Below are positions 13,988-19,839 of a stretch of 19,839 nucleotides of DNA, piece by piece. The stretch's first letter is position 1, and the number at the start of each line of letters is the position of its first letter. The notes beneath the pieces were generated by a model. It was not told where the DNA came from, searched no databases, and was given only the letters and a program-made list of their open reading frames with translations. The translations under genes and the position numbers were made by a program. Origin of the DNA: a bacterium (GTDB taxonomy: Bacteria; UBP7; UBA6624; JBBIMK01); contig JBBIMK010000030.1 in assembly GCA_037444445.1 (NCBI GenBank), positions 1 through 19,839 of the forward strand, given 5' to 3'.

Positions 13988-14656
13988 TCAGTCGGCGGCT
14001 TCTTTCGGGCGGGTGAGGAGGATGGTGCGGCGAATGGAGGGCTTCCCGGAGGAAGGCTCAAGAGAGGGAGGAACAGGGAATGCCCATACTTCTATCTGGT
14101 CGTCGGACTTCTGCACCACACTCCCCTCTGCCTCCGCTTCTCTCAGGGCAGATTTTTCTAATGGGTGGAGGGTTCGGGGAGCCTGGAGTTCGGGTGCGCA
14201 TACCCGGCTTCTGACCCTGCCATTGTCCACCACCGTAGCGCAGAGGCGATAGAGTCGGGCTAACCGATAGGAGAGGGCTTCGTGGGAGACGCCGAAGGTT
14301 TTGGAAAGGGCGTAGAGGTCAAAGCCATGAAGGGCGATTTCTTGCCTGACCCATTCAGCGGGCATCAGAAGGCAGGAGGCGCCTTCGTTGCACTGGGCTT
14401 CGTTGAAGGAGCCGGCGAGTTCAAAGATTTCGTGGGCGGCGGCGAATCGCCGTCGCACCGGTGGTGCGTCCACAGGAAGCAGGATATACCCTTTCCTCCG
14501 CCGGCGGAAGGCGGAAGCAGAACGCCCTCGCACCGCGGGACGAACGGTATACCCTAAAAGCACCGCTAACTCCACCGGGTCTACCGGCGGACCCCGATAC
14601 CCCCCGTGCTCCAGTAATTTCTGTGCATACTCCTCGGGTGTGAACATCACCTCCAT
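13988..14656 (-). CDS. ImmA/IrrE (peptidase M78, DUF955)-like protein with a variant metal motif HEIFE
   Basis: GYILLPVDAPPVRRRFAAAHEIFELAG...EAQCNEGASCLLMPAEWV...LSKTFGVSHEALSYRL follows the M78 layout. The second His of HExxH is Glu (codons at 14420-14434). The start is ambiguous among TTG 14677, ATG 14656 and ATG 14647. Confidence 0.6.
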   Translation of the reverse strand: MEVMFTPEEYAQKLLEHGGYRGPPVDPVELAVLLGYTVRPAVRGRSASAFRRRRKGYILLPVDAPPVRRRFAAAHEIFELAGSFNEAQCNEGASCLLMPAEWVRQEIALHGFDLYALSKTFGVSHEALSYRLARLYRLCATVVDNGRVRSRVCAPELQAPRTLHPLEKSALREAEAEGSVVQKSDDQIEVWAFPVPPSLEPSSGKPSIRRTILLTRPKEAAD

Positions 14657-14720
14657 TTTACCAGTTGCTCGTGGCAACGAGCCAGTGGTTCAGGGGGAAC
14701 CCCCGATGGCTAACGAAGGG

Positions 14721-15107
14721 TCATTCTGCCCCCTGAGCTGGAAGTTCTACATTTTCCGCCCCGGTATCTGATGGTGGGTTGCCAGCCGTTTCCAGAGCCT
14801 CCACCGTTTTGCGGTAGGCTTTCACGATGGCTTCCGTGCGGTCAAAGGAGAGGCAGTGCTTCTCGGCGGTGCGGGCAACGGCATCGTCGTGGCGGAGCCC
14901 GTGGACGAAGCGAAGGAGAATGTAGTCTGCCATGAGGACATCATCCCGATGCACATGGGGATTTTTCCGTGAGTAAAAGCATTCTCCGGGAGCGGTGAGG
15001 TAGAGAATCGCTTGAACCAGGCGGGGAAGAGAATCAAAGGGGGTGGGTCGGTGAACGCCGCCCGCCCTCGGGTCTCTAACCTGGAAAAATCGCTTCATCT
15101 CCAGCAT
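14721..15107 (-). CDS. Hypothetical protein (128 aa), first gene of the operon containing the ImmA-like gene
   Basis: ATG 15107 lies 7 nt after GGGAGGTGA; that SD sequence is itself inside the longer ORF-track version that starts at 15125. The C-terminal DDAVARTAEKHCLSFDRTEAIVKAYRKTVEAL might be HTH-like, which is speculative. Confidence 0.55.
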   Translation of the reverse strand: MLEMKRFFQVRDPRAGGVHRPTPFDSLPRLVQAILYLTAPGECFYSRKNPHVHRDDVLMADYILLRFVHGLRHDDAVARTAEKHCLSFDRTEAIVKAYRKTVEALETAGNPPSDTGAENVELPAQGAE

Positions 15108-15153
15108 TTTCAGGTCACCTCCCATTTTTGTTTTCCTGAATTCTACCGGCCAC

Positions 15154-15182
15154 TTGACAAGCCGGAAGATATCCTTTATACT
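15154..15182 (+). promoter_or_regulatory. Near-consensus sigma70-type promoter firing rightward toward the XRE gene
   Basis: TTGACA (15154-15159), 17-nt spacer, TATACT (15177-15182). Confidence 0.45.
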
Positions 15183-15268
15183 AAAATAGGATAGTCGTCG
15201 TCACCTCCTTTCTACTTTTCTCACCCCGGCTTCCTCCCGGCCGGGGTATATATGGCGTATCGTTAATA

Positions 15269-15296
15269 ATAATAGCATAAATTAACATTTTGTCAA
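15269..15296 (-). promoter_or_regulatory. Sigma70-type promoter candidate firing leftward toward the orf128/ImmA-like operon
   Basis: On the minus strand: TTGACA (15296-15291), 16-nt spacer, TATTAT (15274-15269). Confidence 0.4.
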
Positions 15297-15462
15297 CTAC
15301 CCCCTCCATCCCTTGAAATCCGTTAGGTTGTGTTTACCCTATACCGTAACAAAAAGAATGGTGTGACCATTGAAATCATTCCCGCAATCCGGAGAGGAAT
15401 TTGCATAGAATTTGACAAAATTGTTGACGATGTGGTAACCTAATAGGTGGAGGTTAAGAAGG

Positions 15463-15987
15463 ATGAGGAGATTAAGCCGGGCGATGAGGGTGTGGCGGGC
15501 GGTGGAAAACCGCTCCCAGGACGACCTGGCGAAATTGCTGGGGATTTCCCGCTCCTATGTGGCAGCGGTAGAACGCGGGTATGTTCCTCCACTTTCCTTA
15601 ATAGAGAAGATTGCAGAAATTATCGGCTATTCCGTTTCGGAGTTAATTCAGGAAGAGGTGGAGACAGGGGGGGAAAAAGAGGGGAGTGAGGTGGCGGCGG
15701 AGGCGTTCACTCCCGTCTATCAGCGACCCACCACCTACAGGGCTATGGAGCGGGCGAAGAATTTGCTCGCTCGGGCTCATCTTTCACCGGATGCCCTGCC
15801 ACCCAACCTGTATGAGTTTTTGTGCACCCCGGAAGCGGCCTATTTGAAAGTGACGCCGGAAGAGGTGGTGATTCTGAAAACTCTGCGGTTTCGGAAGGGA
15901 CAAACCGGCGACCCATCCCCGGAGGAGTATCTGGACTTTTTAGTGACCACCCTGCGACCCGGCATCCCGAGAGAGGGTAAGGAATGA
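15463..15987 (+). CDS. XRE-family helix-turn-helix transcriptional regulator with a C-terminal extension
   Basis: MRVWRAVENRSQDDLAKLLGISRSYVAAVERGYVPPLSLIEKIAEIIGYSVSELI is a classic Cro/C1-type HTH. SD GGTGGAGGT is upstream of ATG 15463. Confidence 0.8.
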   Translation: MRRLSRAMRVWRAVENRSQDDLAKLLGISRSYVAAVERGYVPPLSLIEKIAEIIGYSVSELIQEEVETGGEKEGSEVAAEAFTPVYQRPTTYRAMERAKNLLARAHLSPDALPPNLYEFLCTPEAAYLKVTPEEVVILKTLRFRKGQTGDPSPEEYLDFLVTTLRPGIPREGKE

Positions 15988-16100
15988 CGCTGGCTGACGA
16001 TGGAGAAGAACGCCGGTCTGCCACACCGGATAGAAGAGAGCGATAAAGCAGATAGACTGGCACGGTGGGCGAGGCATTTCCCTCCCACGATTGTATTGAA

Positions 16101-17120
16101 TCAGGGGAGCGGAGGAACCGCTGGCAGGGGCCGGGAGCGATACAGGATTTTTCGCCCGAGGTAAATCAGGAAGAGCAGGGCGGCAATGCCCACGAGGGTC
16201 ATACCCGCCGTGTTGTCAGGCCTCCGGGGATTGGAGATTTCCTGAACGGGTGAGAGGAGGATGAAAGCACTCCAGGCGCCCGCGGTGAGAGCAAAACGGT
16301 GTATGTCGGTCCACAGGGTGCCTTTACCGCTCATCCGTTGAAGGAGAAGAATGATGCTCCAGGTGAAGAGGCAGAGAATCAAAATTGTTCCAGCAGGATG
16401 AAGTTTCACATTCACCAGCACCATCGGGATAATATTAAGCAGGAGGGGCAGAGGCAGCCCGATGACCCAGAACCAGAATGGGTGTGCAGTGAGTTTTTTT
16501 CTACTTTCTCCCGCTTCTATTAGAGGCGGGGCAGGAAGCCGACTCGCCCACCAGATGAGAAGAACCACCAACACAATCGTTAGAAGATACGGAATGAACG
16601 GTGGCATATAGGGCTTCTTCGGTGACGGAAGTATGGAGAAGCCCAGAATCACATCTGCCACCAGCAGGAAGGCGAGGCAGTTAAACCCCAATCCAGTGAC
16701 CCACGAGTCCTTTCGCCTCTCCGGATACAGCATTTCCACCATCGCAATGGGAATGGGAATGGAGAAGAAGGTATGATAGAGGGTCGTTTGAACGGTCCAG
16801 ACCCAGTTGATGCCAGCCCACCTTCCATACACCCCGAGGACGCCCACATCGGGCCAGTTGGGGTCAAAGAAACTCTTTGCCATCAAGCCCTCTTCAATAA
16901 TCCCATAAGCAACGCCGAGGACGAAAAGAGAAAGCCAGCCTTTCTTCCAGCGGAGCATCAGTTCCCGGGCGAGAATGGCGCCACCGCCGTATAGAACTGA
17001 CATAATGGCGAGCCCAAAGGGGTTGAAGAACTCCACAGGTGGGGCGGAGCCAGACAGCAACTCCGCTGACGCAGGAGCCAGAAAGAACAGCACTACCGCC
17101 GGCCTCAGCCATCTCTTCAT
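16101..17120 (-). CDS. Polytopic integral membrane protein, family not recognised
   Basis: Multiple hydrophobic helices throughout. Preferred start is MKRWLRP at 17120, downstream of GGGAGGG; the ORF track starts at 17165. Confidence 0.7.
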   Translation of the reverse strand: MKRWLRPAVVLFFLAPASAELLSGSAPPVEFFNPFGLAIMSVLYGGGAILARELMLRWKKGWLSLFVLGVAYGIIEEGLMAKSFFDPNWPDVGVLGVYGRWAGINWVWTVQTTLYHTFFSIPIPIAMVEMLYPERRKDSWVTGLGFNCLAFLLVADVILGFSILPSPKKPYMPPFIPYLLTIVLVVLLIWWASRLPAPPLIEAGESRKKLTAHPFWFWVIGLPLPLLLNIIPMVLVNVKLHPAGTILILCLFTWSIILLLQRMSGKGTLWTDIHRFALTAGAWSAFILLSPVQEISNPRRPDNTAGMTLVGIAALLFLIYLGRKILYRSRPLPAVPPLP

Positions 17121-17262
17121 CTTCTCTTTACCCTCCCACCTAATATTACTTCCCTCTGCATTCAAAGGTTACACGCTCTTGGCACCTTGCCCCTTCTTCC
17201 ATCAGAAAATGGAAAGTCGTTACAGGTGTGAAGGAGGAAATTCAAAAAAGGGTGTGAGGGAT

Positions 17263-18531
17263 TCATTGGGAAAGAACCGTAGGGATGAGACGGAAGATTT
17301 TTCCGCCTATATGGTCAGCCACATAGATTTCAAACTGTTCATCTTCACCGAAGGAACTGATAGAGAGGCTGGTTTTGAGCAACTGGCGGTTCTGGGTGAT
17401 TTTTTGTCTGTTCGCATCGTAGCGGAGAGCCCAGATTCTACCGGAGCCATAGTCGCCGTAGATGTAGGCGCCGCAGAGAGAGGGGATTTGAGAACCCCGA
17501 TAGACGAACCCACCAATGATAGAAATGCCCAATTCATGCCCGTAATCTAAGATAGGTGGCTCTAAACCAGCAGGATTACAGTTAGGATTAACCCCGGGGG
17601 TGCAGATTTTGCCTTCCATGATATTCCAGCCGTAGTTTTTCCCTTTTTGGATGAGGTCAATTTCTTCCCTCTGGTTTTGCCCCACATCGGCGGCAAAGAG
17701 GTTGCCGGTGAGGGCATCAAAAGAGAATCGCCAGGGGTTACGCAAGCCGTAAGCGTAAATTTCCGGACGGGAACCGGGCTGATTCACAAAGGGGTTATCC
17801 GGCGGGATGGCGTAAGGCTTGCCTTCCGGAGACCGGTTCACATCTATGCGAAGGATTTTGCCCAGGAGAGAGGCGAGGTTCTGCCCGTTTTCTAACGGGT
17901 CGTTAGCGCTACCACCATCCCCCATGCCGATGTAGAGATAGCCATCGGGTCCGAATGCCACCTGCCCGCCATTATGATTCGGAAAAGGCTGGGGGATAGT
18001 GAGGAGAATTTTTTCACGGTCTGGGGCCGCATAGTTTTCATTCTCCCTGTCGGCAAGAAATTCGGAGATAACCGTGTGCAATCCGCCGGCTCCAGAGGTG
18101 TAGTCCACGAAGAATCGGCGATTTTCGCTGAAGTTCGGATGGAAGGCTACACCTAAAAGCCCCATTTCACCCCCTGAACGGACCCGCTCTTTTATGTTTA
18201 AGAAGGGCTCGGGCAGGAGTTTCCCATCTTTGTAGATGCGGATGATTCCCGCCTGCTCCACGATGAACAGGCGACGGGAGCCGTCGCCCGCGTGGGCTAT
18301 ATGAACCGGATTCCTCAGCCCGCTGGCGATTTCTTGCACCCCTATATCCGGTAAGGGCGGAGGCTCACCCACCATCCGACACGGTTTCACTCCTACTGCA
18401 GGCGCGGGCTTCTTACCCCCTGAGGCGGCGCAGGTGAGAAGCAAAAACACACCCACAAGCCCTATCAAAGGAGAGTGGAAACCCAGCCCAGAAAATGAAT
18501 GCAATTCCTGAAATCGTGAAAAATATGGCAT
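17263..18531 (-). CDS. PQQ-dependent (soluble glucose/sorbosone-type) sugar dehydrogenase, secreted
   Basis: N-terminal signal sequence. GLRNPVHIA...RLFIVEQAGIIRI, GEMGLLGVAFHPNF, HNGGQVAFGPDGYLYIGMGDGG, GKILRIDV, YAYGLRNPWRFSFD and GKNYGWNIMEG are typical GSDH-family propeller blocks. Confidence 0.88.
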   Translation of the reverse strand: MPYFSRFQELHSFSGLGFHSPLIGLVGVFLLLTCAASGGKKPAPAVGVKPCRMVGEPPPLPDIGVQEIASGLRNPVHIAHAGDGSRRLFIVEQAGIIRIYKDGKLLPEPFLNIKERVRSGGEMGLLGVAFHPNFSENRRFFVDYTSGAGGLHTVISEFLADRENENYAAPDREKILLTIPQPFPNHNGGQVAFGPDGYLYIGMGDGGSANDPLENGQNLASLLGKILRIDVNRSPEGKPYAIPPDNPFVNQPGSRPEIYAYGLRNPWRFSFDALTGNLFAADVGQNQREEIDLIQKGKNYGWNIMEGKICTPGVNPNCNPAGLEPPILDYGHELGISIIGGFVYRGSQIPSLCGAYIYGDYGSGRIWALRYDANRQKITQNRQLLKTSLSISSFGEDEQFEIYVADHIGGKIFRLIPTVLSQ

Positions 18532-18607
18532 CTTTTCACCCCCCCCTGCGTCATCCCGCTAAACATTATAACACAGCGGGTAAAGCCTGCGGATTGCGTT
18601 CATTAGA

Positions 18608-19708
18608 TTACCTGAAGGCACCTTCCAGGAGGAAGCCGAAGATGTAGCCGACTAAAGCGACGCCAAGGCCCACGATGAACATATCCAGCCCGCTACGGAT
18701 AACGCCCCTGCCAGTGAAGACACTCCGCGCCGCCCCCACGAGAAAATGCGAGAGCATGCTGATTCCAAATGAAGTCCATAGAGCCACTTCAAAAGGCAAA
18801 AAGAAGAAAGGGAGGATGGGAATAAAGGCACCGAAAGCGGTGGCGATGCCCGTGGTGGTGCCTTCTTTCAACGGTGAGGCAGTGCGTGCTGAAATCCCCA
18901 GTTCCTGTGTGGTCTTCTCCTTCAGCGCCTGCTCCGGATTCTGCATCACTCTTCTGGCGGCTTCCAATGCCATCTCGCCGGGCAGGCCTCTTGCCTCATA
19001 CAGCAGAGCCAGTTCTTCCGTTTCAATTTCCGGCATCAGAGCAATTTCTTCGCGTTCTAAGGCAATCTCGTGGGCATAGACTTCCGCTTCGCTCTTTGCC
19101 GCCAGAAACCCACTGGAACCCATAGAAAGAGCATCAGAAACCATTCCTGCCAGACCGGAAATAATCACAATATGGGTGGGAACGCTGGCACCTACCACAC
19201 CCATCACCAGCCCGAAATTCGCCGTCAACCCATCATTAAATCCATACACCACATTCCGTAAAAATCCGCCGGATTCCATCCGATGCCAGGGCTCGTTCAC
19301 CATCCCCATCAGTGCCTGGAGCATCTCGGAGTGCTTTTTTTCCTCCACCGCTTTCAGGGTGTAGGCTTTCCGCTCTTCCTCAGAATCTATGCGAGAGGAA
19401 TCTTTCAGATAGTGGCGGAAGTCCTGCCCCTCTTCCCGCATCCGAAGGTTCAAGAGGATGCCGGGTCCAAAGATTCTTGCCACCCGGGCAAGAAGGCGTG
19501 CTCGTAAAGACGGCTGAAACGACCCCACCGGCTTTCCCGCTACCTCCAGCGCCTTTCCGAACTCCTCCTTATGCCGGTCCTCCACTCCCGCCAGTTTCAA
19601 ATAAATTTCCCTCTTCTGAGGCTCCTTTTCCAGTTCAGCCAGAACCCGATAGAGAAATCCAGCATCCCCTTCATCCTGCCAGTGCTTCAGGAGTCGCTTT
19701 TCATCCAT
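18608..19708 (-). CDS. VIT1/CCC1-family iron/manganese transporter with an N-terminal ferritin-like (rubrerythrin-type) domain
   Basis: The N-terminal helical domain has E...EDRH and EEKKHSEML pairs. The C-terminal domain has VYGFNDGLTANFGLVMGVVGA plus further TM helices ending GVALVGYIFG. Confidence 0.82.
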   Translation of the reverse strand: MDEKRLLKHWQDEGDAGFLYRVLAELEKEPQKREIYLKLAGVEDRHKEEFGKALEVAGKPVGSFQPSLRARLLARVARIFGPGILLNLRMREEGQDFRHYLKDSSRIDSEEERKAYTLKAVEEKKHSEMLQALMGMVNEPWHRMESGGFLRNVVYGFNDGLTANFGLVMGVVGASVPTHIVIISGLAGMVSDALSMGSSGFLAAKSEAEVYAHEIALEREEIALMPEIETEELALLYEARGLPGEMALEAARRVMQNPEQALKEKTTQELGISARTASPLKEGTTTGIATAFGAFIPILPFFFLPFEVALWTSFGISMLSHFLVGAARSVFTGRGVIRSGLDMFIVGLGVALVGYIFGFLLEGAFR

Positions 19709-19770
19709 TGCACATCACCACCAGTAAATTATATGCAACTCCGTAGCCGGTAGCCAATCAGGAAGAGGGC

Positions 19771-19812
19771 AAAGAAAGAAAAACAATGTAGGGGAGGAGC
19801 TCGCCTCCTCCC
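19771..19812 (-). terminator. Candidate rho-independent terminator for a minus-strand gene beyond the right edge
   Basis: Minus strand has GGGAGGAG, GCGAG, CTCCTCCC (8-bp stem, 19812-19792), then TACATTGTTTTTCTTTCTTT. The T-run is separated from the stem by a few nt, so this is only moderate support. Confidence 0.4.
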
Positions 19813-19839
19813 GAGATAAGAAGCGGGATTTCATCCCCC

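Noticed and set aside
13902-14771. Plus-strand ORFs (116, 62, 91, 127 and 60 aa) antisense to the ImmA-like gene
   Set aside because: The region is GC-rich, where long antisense ORFs arise by chance. Their composition is Gly/Arg/Pro-rich. The minus-strand product has a recognisable M78 motif layout.
15261-15300. AATAGCATAAATTAAC near the leftward promoter as another repeat left arm
   Set aside because: It shares only ATAGCATAA with copy D. No matching right arm (TATGCT...GTTAT) or conserved block follows. The AT-rich promoter context explains it better.
1-19839. tRNA, rRNA or other classical RNA genes
   Set aside because: I saw no cloverleaf-compatible segments (no GTTCRANYC-type T-loop context with matching acceptor stems) and no rRNA-like conserved blocks in any intergenic region. 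A proper tRNAscan or Rfam run is still advisable.

Overview
Bacterial chromosomal window of about 19.8 kb. The backbone is relatively GC-rich; one 60-nt line counted by hand (4681-4740) gave 60% G+C. It carries lpd, a CPFC thioredoxin-fold protein, a VOC/glyoxalase protein and a tightly overlapping rpsF-rpsR-rplI-dnaB operon. It continues with purD-DUF3006-MBL(ComEC-like) hydrolase, an M78(ImmA/IrrE)-like plus XRE regulatory module, a polytopic membrane protein, a PQQ-type sugar dehydrogenase and a ferritin-like/VIT1 transporter. Two clearly AT-rich accessory segments interrupt this backbone, at roughly 5.9-9.2 kb and 11.7-13.9 kb; two counted 60-nt lines gave 23% and 37% G+C. All their genes are on the + strand. 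They are punctuated by four co-oriented copies (A-D) of a structured repeat about 104-130 nt long. Each copy has RYYYAAC-like and GTTRRRY-like terminal boxes, imperfect inverted arms with bulged bases and a variable central hairpin, which is the architecture of integron attC sites. No integrase is present in the window. The repeat-delimited units carry a TaqI-like type II restriction-modification pair, a PIN-like protein with a small downstream partner in toxin-antitoxin-like layout, an orphan 144-aa ORF and a 7-repeat beta-propeller lipoprotein. My main hypothesis is an integrase-less, integron-like cassette array (CALIN-like) next to dnaB carrying defence-type cargo. A MITE/REP-type repeat family is the main alternative. 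Other points of interest are a roughly 120-137 aa non-intein insertion in the DnaB ATPase domain, an ImmA-like protein whose zinc motif reads HEIFE, and a face-to-face promoter pair between that operon and the XRE gene. All homology calls come from motif recognition by eye and need database confirmation.
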